A DNA stretch of 64,000 bases. Origin: Antechinus flavipes. Its lineage: Eukaryota. Below, piece after piece: positions 40,039-53,040 of this stretch. The notes beneath the pieces were generated by a model, which worked only from the letters and a program-made list of their open reading frames with translations, searched no databases and was not told the DNA's origin. Numbering within the stretch: position 1 is the first letter of the stretch; every line of letters begins with the position of its first letter. The stretch is from NCBI RefSeq assembly GCF_016432865.1, contig NC_067398.1:489366001-489430000 (forward strand). Direction: 5' to 3'. Both the position numbers and the translations under genes were made by a program.

Positions 40039-40599
40039 TATTGTTGCTGCATACAAATGCAGAGTCATAACAGGATCTCCTTCCTGCCACATAGCCTCTG
40101 CTATTACTGGAGCCCTTTAAACACATACATAGAATGCCACTAATCTCTTGGAGTGTTATGCTGAATCAGGACTTTCACTAGATACTAGATTTTATAGAAA
40201 GAAAGTAATAAGTAAATGTGTGGGTATGGGGGAGACTGCATGGAGGGATAGTATAGAGGGAAAAAAAAGGGAGGTTAGGGATCAGGAAGGGTTAAGGATT
40301 AGAGTCATTATTAATATACTAATTCAGCTAATTCATGTGAGATTATTATTAAATTACTTGAAACATTTTAAAGTGTTATATAAATGTTAGTTACTAATTT
40401 GGATTATTAATAATGTTACTTATTAGCTTAAGAACTCACAATTATGTTAATACTGTATCTAGGAGAAAATAAGTTCCAAAATTAAAAAAATTATGGGTTT
40501 TTTAATTTTTAAAGCTATGTTATGGTTCTCCACGTAGATGAAAATTGCTTGGGGCAGGAATTTAGCTTGCATTTTTCCCCCTACAGTGCTACTATCATT

Positions 40600-40870
40600 A
40601 ATCAATCATCCAATATCATCTATATATTTCTTTCATCAGTCTCAACCTTTCATCTCTATCATCTTATTATCCATTTATCATCTATCTGTATCACCATAAT
40701 TTATCTGTCTGTGCACTTATATCATTTATTTGTCAATCATCTGTCATATTTTTATATTTCCATCTCTATTTGCCCACATATCTGCATGTGTATTATGTAC
40801 CATATCTGGGCATATGTGTATATACGTGTGTATATGTTCATATACACACATACATATATACACACACACG
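40600..40870. repeat. Degraded (TCTA)n/(CA)n low-complexity tract
   Basis: Repeated TCATC/TCTATC/CATAT units. Confidence 0.7.
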
Positions 40871-41449
40871 AAATATCCATTTCAATCAACAAATATTTAA
40901 TAGATTGATAATCTCTTTAAATGATTGTCATTTAGGGCTAGTCTGTAACTGGGCCAAATTGTTGCTCTTAACTGCTGGTTTTTCCTTAACGCAGGATTAT
41001 TTGTCAGCAGAGAATTATAAATTAGAAGCTATTCACCAATTAAAAATAATTAGTCAAGGCAGTATTTTATTTCCCCTGATTTAGTGTCTGATTTAATATT
41101 TTCACCAAGTAGCTGATTTGCTTAACAGGATGTCAAGTCATCTTTCCATTTTGACAAATCTGATACATCTGTTCTATTTCTTTCCTTCATCTGTAAACTA
41201 CATAATCTGCCCTCTCTGAGGAAAAAACAAATGCTTGTACCTCTGCTCTGCCTGTCTTTTTGTCTTGTGTGATCACAGCTATAATTGCCTTTCCTAGAGC
41301 TCTTGTAAGCAGTGTGGTTTTTGGTTTTTAAAGAAAATTGGGAATGGAAAAGGGGGGGAGGCTCACTATACCAGCTCATTTTAAGTATATGACTGTTTTA
41401 TGCTTTGAAGTAAACATAAGTTTATCTATCTCATCATTAGTATTATGAA

Positions 41450-41451
<2 letters not shown>

Positions 41452-41486
<35 letters not shown>
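41452..41486. repeat. (GT)n microsatellite
   Basis: Read directly from sequence. Confidence 0.98.
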
Positions 41487-41487
<1 letters not shown>

Positions 41488-43348
41488 ACATTGTGACCAA
41501 CAAGGTACCATTTGGTTGGGAGGTGGTCATGGGACCATTTGGTTGAGAAGTAAAATATGTGTTTGTTTTTTAAAACTTCTGGGTAACATGAACTTTGGAT
41601 TAAAAGACCCCTAATCTAAAGCTTTGCAGTGGAACACAGTGACAAATGTAGCAAAATAATGCAGTTTTTGTTGACATATAAATATTTATAAAGGCCAATT
41701 TAGATATCTGCTAGTGATGGGAAAAGCAGGAAACTACTTCTAGAGTATATTGATTTAATGGTGTTTGGAGTGAGTTGCTGTTTCCTGGAGAGCATATGCT
41801 TATGTTGAGCTTTAGTTTTTACTTTCTAACACTCTCTTGTTGTACTTATGTACTTCATTACATTTTTGTCCATCAGCATGGATCACTAGAAGAATTGCTT
41901 TATCATGCTTTTCTTTACACAGATGCGCATCCTTTTGTGTGTTTTGCAACTAACTTGTCTTTTGTTTCTTTTGCATTGAAATTGATCTTAAAAAGAATGC
42001 TATCAAATTCAGGAAGTAGCAAAGATGTCATTTCAAAGGTATAGAGTCTAGTCAGTGAGAAGGATATGACAATAAGCTCGTCTGTTTTAAGCATAACTGC
42101 TCAGCAAAAATATTCATTCTGGTGGTATGCTATTAAATCACTTTCTGCATACTATCCTAAGAATTTCACAATGTGGATAACCTCCAGCCCTCTGACTGTA
42201 TGCAAAGCAGGGGGTCTGAATAAGAGCACTGTGGTACAAAAACTTGAGCGGGAGCAGGACTAAAAGCCCAATCTTGCTGGTTATTTTGGACATTCAAATA
42301 GTGTCTAAGAGAAAAGAGCTCATTATGACTCAGTTCCGTTAATTAGACGTAAATTACCATCTTTAGTTGCTTGACACAAAAGAAGGTAACGGGAACTCTG
42401 CAAGACCAGTGGATTCAGAAATTCTAATGAGATGAGAGCATAGGCTGGGAAACTGTAAGTGAATACAAGGGACCATTCAACTTGAGGCAAGCCCCAGTCA
42501 GTGCTGTGTATGTACAAAAATATACATTTATAAGGGGCCAAATTCACATCCTATGTAGCTCTATGGTTTACTTCCCATAAAGTTACATAGGATTGGAATC
42601 TTGACAGGAAGTGACTTCAGAGCTATGAGTTCTTTTCTTCTTTTCTTGATTATATCCTGAAGTTTTTTTGTGATGTATACAATCTGTTCTTGATAGGCGG
42701 AAACAAAATGCCTTAAAGTTGATAAAATATTAAGTAAAAGAAATTTTTACTTCAGAACAAGAAAAGGCAGTATAATTGAAAAGGAAATCAGGGGAATGGC
42801 ATCAGTCCTTATGAATTTAAAGAGATCAATATAGAAATCCTGGGAATTATTTGAAGTTGATTACATTGTAGATATGTTAAACATCAACCCAACTTGCTCA
42901 TTTTACAGATGTAAAAACTGAGGCCTAAAGAAATGAAATGGACATGGAGTATCTTAGAGATGAAAAGGAATCACTAGATTTCATGTATGGATTTGTAAAC
43001 AGGAAACTTTAATTTAATAAGTTATATAAGTAAATGGTAACCATTCTTGAGGTGGATTTATAAGTCATCTTTGTTTTAACCTCTTAAATTTCAAAACATA
43101 CGGTTTTAAGACAAATATGCCACAGCAATTTTAAACTGTTTTGATCATAAAGGGCTTGAAGGAATATCTCTCTAATGTTAGATGGAGTTTAAAATAGTCT
43201 CATAAGACTTTACTTATTTCTAGTGAGGGAATTTCATTAATTTCCAACAAAAGTTTGTGAGAGAGGTTAATATGTCTATATAAGGATAATGCTTGCAAGT
43301 AGAAGAGTTCATAAGAGGTAGTCTGAGAATTTAAGCTATTTGCTATTA

Positions 43349-43531
43349 NNNNNNNNNNNNNNNNNNNNNNNNNNNNNNNNNNNNNNNNNNNNNNNNNNNN
43401 NNNNNNNNNNNNNNNNNNNNNNNNNNNNNNNNNNNNNNNNNNNNNNNNNNNNNNNNNNNNNNNNNNNNNNNNNNNNNNNNNNNNNNNNNNNNNNNNNNNN
43501 NNNNNNNNNNNNNNNNNNNNNNNNNNNNNNN
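43349..43531. other. Assembly gap (183 N)
   Basis: N run. Confidence 1.
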
Positions 43532-43719
43532 AGATAGACTCCTTTGACATTCTTTGGATGATTTCTTAAAATAATGATTTTAAATGCATAGAATAAACAG
43601 GATTATAAATGATACTAATTATATTGAAGGATTATCTTTGTTGTATATTATATGTTTTTATATTGAAAGGGTTTTTTTTTTGGGGGGGGGTAGGAGAGGT
43701 ATTGATAGAATTTAAATTT

Positions 43720-44480
43720 AAATTTAGATGTGCATATCCTTTGGATTCATGAGTGTCACTACTGGATCTGTATCCCAAAGAGATCATAAAAGAGGGAAAA
43801 GGCCCCACATGTGCAAAAATGTTTGTAGCAGCCCCCTTTTTTTAGTGACTAGGAACTGGGAATTGAATGGATTTCTATTAGTTGGTAAATGGATGAATTA
43901 GCTAGGGTATGTGATGAGCAGACTGATTTCAGAAGTCTGGAAAGACTTAAATGAACTGAAGCTGAGTGAAGTGAGCAGAACTAAGAAAATAGTGTATACG
44001 GTAACAAAAAGATTTCAACAATAAGGTGATTAACGTCAGTTCCAGTAAATTTGGGATGGAANNNNNNNNNNNNNNNNNNNNNNNNNNNNNNNNNNNNNNN
44101 NNNNNNNNNNNNNNNNNNNNNNNNNNNNNNNNNNNNNNNNNNNNNNNNNNNNNNNNNNNNNNNNNNNNNNNNNNNNNNNNNNNNNNNNNNNNNNNNNNNN
44201 NNNNNNNNNNNNNNNNNNNNNNNNNCAAAGCATAGCATTTTCACCTTTTTCGTTGTTCTTTTTGTGTGTGTGAATTTTCCCTTTTGATCTGATTTTTTGT
44301 GTGCAGCATGATGAATATGGAAATGTTTAGAAAAATTATAGAAGTTTAACTTATATCAACATATCATATTGCTTGCTGTCTTGAGAGGGGAGGAAGAAGA
44401 GAGAAAATTTTGGAACAAAAGGCTTTGCAAGGGTGAATGTCGAAATCTATATTTGCATGTATTTGGAAAAATAGTATTGA
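43720..44480 (+). mobile_element. L1 3' end (ORF2 C-terminus and 3'UTR) with internal gap
   Basis: CTGTATCCCAAAGAGATCATAAAAGAGGGAAAAGGCCCCACATGTGCAAAAATGTTTGTAGCAGCCC corresponds to the LYPKEI..GKGP.CAKMFVAAL motif seen at 60976-61290. Confidence 0.9.
44062..44225. other. Assembly gap (164 N)
   Basis: N run. Confidence 1.
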
Positions 44481-45269
44481 AAAAAAATGTAAAGTTCAAG
44501 TAAGAAAACTGAGGCCAGAAGACTTGAAGTGAGCTACCCAGGGTTGCATACTTAAGGGATAGAGATATAATTCAAACTCATTTCACATGGCACCATATCT
44601 AATGCTTTTTGTGCCAAATTTGCCTTTGTTTTGTGTTGATATAAAGAGGACATTAGTGTAGTATAGGAGTCAATATCTTTTTCCAAGGCACATTGCTTAA
44701 TCTTTATCTATCTTCTTAAAAGAAGATGGAAAAAGAAAATGATGGCTCTTTGGCAATGTGTATTAGATGTCTGCCCTTTCCTGCTGGAGCAAGCAATATC
44801 GAAACCATAAATTTTATATAGAATTCAGAATCATGGATTGGATTGTACATGTATAATTGCTCGTTTTGTTGCCATGATGCTTCATATAGTTCATATGCCA
44901 TATAAATAGCAGAGATTTTTTCTGACATTTGTGAATTAACCCAGGAGCTAATAAGTCCTCAAGGGAGATAATGAATAGGTTAAATTTTGACTAGGTAGGT
45001 GACACAAACAGAGCTGATAAGATGGATCATTGGATCATAGATTTAGAGCTGGAAGGGACCTTAGAGGCCAAGCACTGTATAATATTAGTTTCTATTTAAT
45101 AATTTGAATTTTACAATAAGGAATCTTCATGGCTGATTTGCCTAGAGGCTACCTAGGGCAGACTCAGATTATTTGTGCAGTTGAGCCTGACAGTTTGGGA
45201 AAAGGTGTAGTACTGCTGATTGCTAAACCCAACAATACAATAGGAGCACTATAATCTAAAATAGAAGAC

Positions 45270-45470
45270 AATGGAAATACAGTGGAAAGAGAGTTGGCTC
45301 TAGACATGGAGGACGTGGGTTCAAATCCCTACAGTTACATTTTTGTGATGTTTGATAAATAACCTGCCCTTATTGAGACTCAAATTTCCTCAACTGTATA
45401 ATGAGAATGTTAGATTTAAAAAGCTTCTAAATTCTTTCTAATCTAGAATTTATATCCCATGATTCATTCC
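45270..45470 (+). mobile_element. MIR fragment
   Basis: ACAGTGGAAAGAGAGTTGGCTCTAGA...GGGTTCAAATCC...TTCCTCAACTGTATAATGAG. Confidence 0.65.
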
Positions 45471-45488
45471 TAACTTGAAATGGAACTC

Positions 45489-45493
<5 letters not shown>

Positions 45494-45519
<26 letters not shown>
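45494..45519. repeat. (TA)n microsatellite
   Basis: Read directly from sequence. Confidence 0.98.
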
Positions 45520-45524
45520 CACCC

Positions 45525-45670
45525 CTGTTACTTTTTTCCTTGAGTCTTTGTGCTTCTGGGGAGCAGGGAATGTGGCTAATTTTGTTTGTTTGTTTGCTTT
45601 TCTTTGTATCCCCCAGTGCCTTGCAAAAGTGCTTAGCATACAGTAGGTGCTTAAATGTTTATTGACTGAG
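45525..45670 (+). mobile_element. L2 3' tail
   Basis: TTTGTATCCCCCAGTGCC...CAGTAGGTGCTTAAATGTTTATTGACTGA. Confidence 0.75.
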
Positions 45671-46660
45671 TGAATTAGGACCCAGACCCTGTCTAACTCC
45701 TAAGTTCCAACTATAACAGGCTGTTGTTTTTCTCATTTTTGTTCTATATAGTAGTCATAGCCAACACATTTCCTTCCTGTCATGATGTGACATCATGCCT
45801 TAAAAGTTTTTGTGAGGAAAACAGCACTTTATGAACGATGAAGGATGATATAAACTACAATCTACAGCTTTAAGTTAAAGAGATCCTCAAAAGTGAGTGA
45901 AGCAACCTATTGATTTTTCTGCTTGTGGTTATTTCCAACACTTTCCTTTTCTTGAGTGTTTCATTTAACCACTTGCCTTTGAGGCTTCCCCCACAACTCC
46001 TTTGTACAGTAATACTATGGGCTGAGGGACTGTGGATGGGAAAGAAAAGATGAGGAAATTAACACAAGCCAGTCTTGCAATTTCTTACTTTTATGATAAA
46101 AAACACTTTGGAAGTTCAGGAGGAAAAGGAATAGACGTTACCTTATGCTTTATGGAGAGACTCTCCATTCTTGCAATAGTTAACTGGATAATCAGATGAA
46201 TAGCATCAGATATTTTATTTTTATTTTTTAAAACTAGGATTCATTCTCCCATGAATTTTGTCAGTTCTCATGAATATTAAATTTGGCAAAGATGGTTACT
46301 TTTGTTAGAAACATGCTTGATACTGAAAATCAGATATTGAGGAAAATTTATTAAAGGAGAATCTTAAGAAATTGTCTTAATGTTTCTGGCCAGAAGTAGC
46401 TCCCCTCTTCCACCTAACACAGAAGTGAGAGAAGTTTTATACTTGTTAGCTCCCTTCAGAGTTTGGATTGGTCCATTCCTTTCTGGGTCACAGTGTTTCT
46501 CATACACCTATTGTATATTTCTCCCTAAATATGTATAAGGATGTTCTCCCTCTCTCATCATACATTGCATATTCAAAAATGGCAGAAAACTCCTCCTATG
46601 AAGTATGTTGTTTAATATTCAATCAGCCTCAAGTGGGTCCACTAGCAATTTGGTGAAATC

Positions 46661-46673
46661 AGGTCATTGACCC
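46661..46673. promoter_or_regulatory. Candidate IR1 nuclear-receptor element (FXR/RXR type)
   Basis: AGGTCA-T-TGACCC exactly matches RGGTCA-N-TGACCY; motif match only. Confidence 0.35.
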
Positions 46674-46965
46674 CAATCAGTTTGACCTGGATCAGCTATT
46701 ATCTTAAACTTGTGGTTTTCGCAAAACCACAACTCTTTCTGATAGTCTCAGTCTACCTGTGCCTTGAATTCTTTTTTTCTCATGGATTTTGAGAGACTGA
46801 AACTTAATTGTTCTGTGGAAACTAACCTTCCTTAATTTTACACTGATCTGTGATACTTACAAGTGATATTACTTTGAAGCTTACAACCTTCTGTAGACAT
46901 CTAATTTTTCAGTATTTCTCAATCTTCCCTTAAGCTTCTTGAAAGTGTTTTTAGATCTTTTTGAT

Positions 46966-47099
46966 NNNNNNNNNNNNNNNNNNNNNNNNNNNNNNNNNNN
47001 NNNNNNNNNNNNNNNNNNNNNNNNNNNNNNNNNNNNNNNNNNNNNNNNNNNNNNNNNNNNNNNNNNNNNNNNNNNNNNNNNNNNNNNNNNNNNNNNNNN
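46966..47099. other. Assembly gap (134 N)
   Basis: N run. Confidence 1.
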
Positions 47100-49044
47100 A
47101 TGATTATAAAATTTAGAAAAGGGGTGATAGAGCTCATCTTTTTCAGCCTCTGCTCCCCACAAGAATTCTTAGCCTTTTGTATGTTATGGCATGTCTTTGG
47201 TAATCTTGCAAATCCATGTGCTTTTTCTCTGAATAATGTTTTTAAGTCTATAAAATAAAATTATAGGATAAATAAGGTATATTTTTCTTTCATTCACCTT
47301 CATATATTTTATGGGGATATTAATAATATCTACTTTGCAGGATTGTGAAATCCCCCTAAAATGCCCCTACATTAACCCACAGACTCCTTGAGGATTCTTG
47401 GATCTCAGTCTAAGGACCAGAATCTCTGCTTTGCAGTGTACTTTACTCTATGTGTGTGTGTGTGTGTGTCTCTGTGTGTGTTTTAACTTTATTTTATTAA
47501 AATTAAAATCTGCACAGATTTGAAACTTCAGTAAAGTCTAGATTTCTTCATCTGTCACTAAAGGTTCTTTGGGATTTATTTATTTTTTAGATCCTTCTCC
47601 AGCTACTACCCTTCATTTATTCCATGTTTCCATCAAACTCATCTATATTGCTTTCTCCTGGATCACCTCCATCCTTTCCTGACTTCTGCCAGGGCTTAAA
47701 AAAACTTTTGATCTTACAATTCTTTCTGTGTGTAATTTCCTTCACTATCAACTTTATGTATCAGTATCATTGTGCAGCAATTCTTACTTAATCTTTGAAA
47801 TCCGTTGCCAACTTAAATTTTACCTGTTCCATGAAGCTTTCTCTGATCCTGATCTTCTTTGACTCCATTTTCATGAAAATCTTTTCCTTCTTCTTTTTCT
47901 GGTGAACCTGACTACCTTATATGGAGTTAAGTAAAGATTGAATCAGTAGAACCAGGTCTGTCATAATCAAGAAACTATAGCTTAGTGAGGTAAAAGAGCA
48001 TAAATGTAAAAGGAATTAAAACAAAATGTATGGTGCAGCATTTTATAATTGAGTTAAAAAAATTCAGTAAGAGTTAATGAGATAATGTGTTAGTACTTTG
48101 AATAACTTTTAAGAAGAGTGCTATATATGTAAAACATCAGATTTTGGTATGATTAAATTGGACATAAGTGACAAAAATACCTGAATAAAAATGTGCATTT
48201 TCATTTTAGTTCTGCTAGTCAACACTTATTATATGCCCATGTCAGGGAGTGCTGTCCTTTTGGGAGTATTCAGTGGAAGTGACAGAATTGCTATCTCAGC
48301 CATTTCTTTTCACCAAAAAATGTCACATAGAGGGCAGAGACTTCATAATGTCTAGCAGTAAATATTTCTAATCCAGTCCAATTAGTTAATGTAAGGTGCT
48401 ATTTTTTTTTTCTCCTAGTAGCTCCTAGTGAGACTTCATTAGGACATTAACTTTATGTAGTAAGACATGTTATTGGGCTAATTGAGAAGTTGATAGTTAA
48501 ATAGGAAAATTAGGTAATGAAACCTCCTTTTCTTGTCTTCCATTATTGTGATATAGCAACCCTAATAAATCATTTACAAAGTTTCACTTTGTAAACAAAG
48601 AACTTATAGTGATTATAGTTCCTATGTCTTTAATTTGCGAATGGTGCCGCCAAAGTAGTATTGCTTTGTCATACATATGATAATAGCTCTTAAAAATAAT
48701 AGTTTTTCTTTTCTGTGTACCTGTAATTTGCTCTTAGAGGATGTAAGCTCTTTGGATAATGAGATTTAATATTTATATAGAATTTTATGGTTTATAAAGC
48801 ATTTTGTATACATTATTTCATTTGATATTAGCTTTTTGGCTTTGTTTCTTGAGTCCAGTACAATGCCTGGAATATAGTACATACTTAATATTATTAATTA
48901 TTATTAATAGCATCAAGCCTATTAATGCAATAATCATATTAGCATGTTACTAATTAATAATTATATTGTTGATTATTGGTGGTTATAAAGCAAGTTACTT
49001 ATATTATCATTTGATTTTTATAAGACCCATTTGAGGTAGGTAAT

Positions 49045-49290
49045 AAACTATTGTCATCACTTTTCAATCGTGTCTAACTCTTTGTGATCCCAATTGATTT
49101 GTTCTTGGTTGACAAAGATAGTTGAGTAGTTTGCCATTTCCTTCTCCAGTTTATTTACAGATGAGGAAACTGAGAACAACAGAAAGAAGTCACTTGCTCA
49201 GTATCCCATAGTTAATTGTCTGAGGCCAGATTTGAACTCAGGAAGATGGGTTTCTTGACTTCAGGCCTAGAATGTTGAATTCTGACTGTG
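49045..49290 (-). mobile_element. MAR1-type SINE
   Basis: GTGTCTAACTCTTTGTGA.CCCA...GTTTGCCATTTCCTTCTCCAG...ACAGATGAGGAAACTGAG...TGAGGCCAGATTTGAACTCAGGAAGATG. Confidence 0.85.
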
Positions 49291-49825
49291 CCATGTAGTT
49301 GTTTCTGCCCTCATCTTAAGCGAGGATACTAAATGTCAGTGAGAGTAAGTAAACCTAAGGTCACTTTTTCTTATAACTAGCAGAACTGACATTTGAACAC
49401 AATGAAATCTTTTGGTTACACTCAAGTTCACTGAATTTCCAACAACCATTTGTTAGTATCTGCTATGTTCATGGGGCTGTACACAAGTACACAACTCTAA
49501 ATTAATGTTTATCATATGTGCTTATACTTAAATCATTAAAATGATAATTTTACAAGGTGATAATATAAATGTGACTATGTTCCAAAAATTGAAGTGCTAA
49601 TTTTTCAGCATTATCCAGAGAAGGCAATAGAAAGAATAAGAATATGATAAAGACTTCTTATGGAAATTCAAGATTAATTTTGTGTGAATGTTCTTTAGTC
49701 ATAACTAGTGATAAATTCACACATAGTTATTTCCAGGTGAAGCAATATGACACTGTAGAAAATGGACTGATTTGGGAGAGCATTCTTGCTCTCCTACATC
49801 TTAATTGTTAAAGGAAGGACATAGT

Positions 49826-50065
49826 CAGGAGGCTTCTTAACCTTGGGCTCCTGAACCTATTTATTTTATTTTACTTTTTATTTTGATAATTAGCACTTAG
49901 CACAGTGCCTGCCATATAATAGGTGCTTAATAAATTCTTGTTGACTTTATTTGTTGACTCTATTTTAATATAATTGGTTTCCTTTATACTCATTTAATAT
50001 GCATCCTAAAAACATTATTAACTGAGAAAGGATCCTTGTGCTTCTACAGAAATTAAGAACCTCTG
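49826..50065 (+). mobile_element. Charlie4-like hAT MITE interrupted by an L2 tail
   Basis: TTCTTAACCTTGGG start, TATTTTAATATAATTGGTTTCC interior, TTAAGAACCTCTG end; L2 tail at about 49890-49957. Confidence 0.7.
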
Positions 50066-50234
50066 TATTAAGATGATCTTTTTGTCCTTTTTAGCTTCGA
50101 TGTTCTATAATTGCACACAGAATAAAATAAATCTGCAAAGTAGTGAAGATACTATTATTTTCAAGGATTGGTGCATTCTAGTAACAAGTGACAAAGAATT
50201 ATATATTTAGAGCCAGAGGAGAGAGACTTCAATT

Positions 50235-50490
50235 GTCTCAGTGGTGCACTGGATCAGGCGCTGAGCTTAGAGCCAAGAAAACCTGAATTCAAATGTGACC
50301 TATGAGATACACATTAGTATGGGACTTTGAGGAACTTAATCCGTTTTTGCCTCAGTTTTCTCATTTGTAGAGGGGGAATAAAACATCATAGGGTTGTTGT
50401 GAGGATCAGATGAAATAATAGTTGTTAAGTACTATGTAGAATGCCTGACCCATAAAAAGTACTATGTAAATATTAGCTATGATTATTATC
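50235..50490 (+). mobile_element. MIR, near full length
   Basis: CAGTGGTGCACTGGATCAGGCGCTGAG...CCTGAATTCAAAT...CCTCAGTTTTCTCATTTGTA...GGTTGTTGTGAGGATCAGATGA. Confidence 0.8.
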
Positions 50491-52789
50491 ATAATCGTCA
50501 TCTAGTTCAGTCCCTTAATTTTATAGATAAAGAACTAAGTGATTGAATTAGTTTAAGTTGTACAAAACACTTTATAAACAGCTTCTCATTTTTAGCTTCA
50601 TGACATCCCTGTGAGATTCTTATATTTATTTCTCAGGGTACTGAAACTTTTTAGGTTGATTGTCTTTCTTGGGTCATACCACTCGTAATTGCCAGAGAAA
50701 GGATTTAAAGCCAGTTATTTCTGATTCTCAAGACCACCCCTCTATCCACTATTCAGTAATATATCCAAACTTTCTCTCTTCACTGCCTTTCCTCATTGTT
50801 GTATTTGAAACAGTTGAATTCTTTTATGATTTGTGTGATATTAGCTTCATATTCATTAATAGAGTTGGTCAAAGGTACCAAATACCATAGTTTCATAATT
50901 TTCAAGTGCTAAGTTACTTAGAAGGTATGATTTCAAAGATTTTATTCATATTTCTCTTTCTAATGTCTTTAAAATGTTTATATACATAATTCCTGTTGGG
51001 TCTAGCAAGTTGGTAGAAAAAGTGGGCCTAAAATTCCCATTTTATTGACTATTGATCAAACATGATCTCTATTGGTTGATAATTTGCAGAACTACCATGA
51101 TTTGATTAAATTTGGATATACCCTCTTTTTTTGCCTCATATTTGCCCCCTCTTCATGACCTATTATGAGTATATTCATTTTGTCATGTGTATCAGATTTT
51201 CTATTGAGTTTTATTCTACTTCATCTTTCAGTGCTGTTGTCATTTCTTTTTGAATATAATCCCCCAATCCAAACTTCTCCCTTTTCTTAGCCACATTTTT
51301 TAATTCCCAGAGGAACACTGTAAGTCAGACTTCCTCAAGTCCTTGGACTATACTTTGAGAAATGTCATTCATTATGATTGTGTGACTTTTTTTTTTGTTG
51401 GAAGAGATTTACTTTCTTTTATTAAAAAAAAAAAAAGACCTGGAACATTCTTATTTGCTGCTTCATCTTTTGTGTGCTCTTAAAATTATACTTTAGTTCA
51501 CCTCATCAGGTCTCTCTCATGGAACATTGCCTCAGGAATACACTCTTTATTCCATTCTAAGGTCAGTGTCACAGTTGACATACTTCTCTCTGTAATAGTC
51601 CCTTTCTACCTTTGACATTGCACCAAGACTGCTGAGCTTTATACTGTTAGGTAATTTTGACTAGAAGTTACTGTTTTGAAAATAATTCACTTCTTCTGAG
51701 TAGGAAAGGAATTATGGTGCATTTCTCAAATTAAATCATTTCCTTAAAAGAGAAAAAAAGGAAAGTCAAAAGGGAAAAAGGAAAGGAGGGGAGGAAGGGA
51801 GGGAGAGGGAAAATGAGTAAGAAGTACATATGACTAACTTTTATAAAATAGTTAATGAATTTAATGCTTAAGTACAATAGGAGAACTTAATTGAATATCT
51901 GGTTTCAGTGTCACATTGATATCGAAAAATTGAATGAGAACAGGCAAGATTAAATAGGCAAGAATAGAAAATGAAGCAAAAATGTGGTTATGTTTTACGT
52001 ACGCCTAGCCATTATTATAGTATTGCTTCCTAATTGTGTCTCTGTGGTTTGAGAAAAAAGCCAGACAAAATTAAGGTTGCTCAGGGAAGAATTAAAAAAA
52101 AAACCTATTTAAAGGTAGAGATAAATTTATTAAAATTTTGCTTTTAGAATCTAAATAGTTTATTTAAGAGGAAAAAGAGCTAATACATGTCCTTAGCTTG
52201 GTGAAAATGTTACTGTACACATTGTTCTGTTATTTCCATTAAATAGCATAATGAAGAAAGAGACAAGCTGAGTTAAGAGCAATTTAGAGTTTTCGAAGAA
52301 AATTTTGACAATATGTCTGGTTAAACACTGTAGGATTTTACGCAGAGAGTTTATGAAATCTTTATCCCTAGAGGTCTTTAGACTAGACAGCCATTTATCT
52401 TGTACAGCTTAGATGTGGCTTTTTTCTTAAAGCATGAAGCTTAGCTACATGATCTGTTGAGGGCCCTCTCAGCTCTGTGATTCTGTATGTATCCATCCAT
52501 AGATAGATAGCCCAGAAAGCTGATTTCAAGAATTTAGCTTTGAAAAATGTTGGCATGTCAAATAAACTACATGGATTGGGAAAGCAGAAAGTTTTTCCCT
52601 ACCTATGCTAACTGAAAAGAAACTGATGAACAGAATGGGTCATATAATACTTGTTGAATTGATTCACAAATACCCTTCAACTGTTATTTAGCATTTCTAT
52701 GTGGGGAAATTTATTTGAAAGATGAAAGTTTTAAATTATTTGTTTATTATTTTCCTTAACTCCGTACAAAATGGTTAGAGGTTATGTAG

Positions 52790-53040
52790 TTATTTGGTTG
52801 ATATAATGAATAAAGGGTTGGACTTGGAATCAGAAAGACTTTTGACTAGTGTGACTGTAACAAATCAATTAATGTCCCTTAGCATCAGTTATCTCATCTG
52901 TAAAATGAGGTTAATGACTATCTTACCAGAGTCATTGTAAGGAATACATGCCATAACACCTCATTATAAGGAATACATGCCATAACGCATGGATAAAATA
53001 CTTTTTATACCTGATAAGCCCTCTATCAATACTATCATTA
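52790..53040 (+). mobile_element. MIR
   Basis: GGACTTGGAATCAGAAAGAC...CATCTGTAAAATGAGG. Confidence 0.7.
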
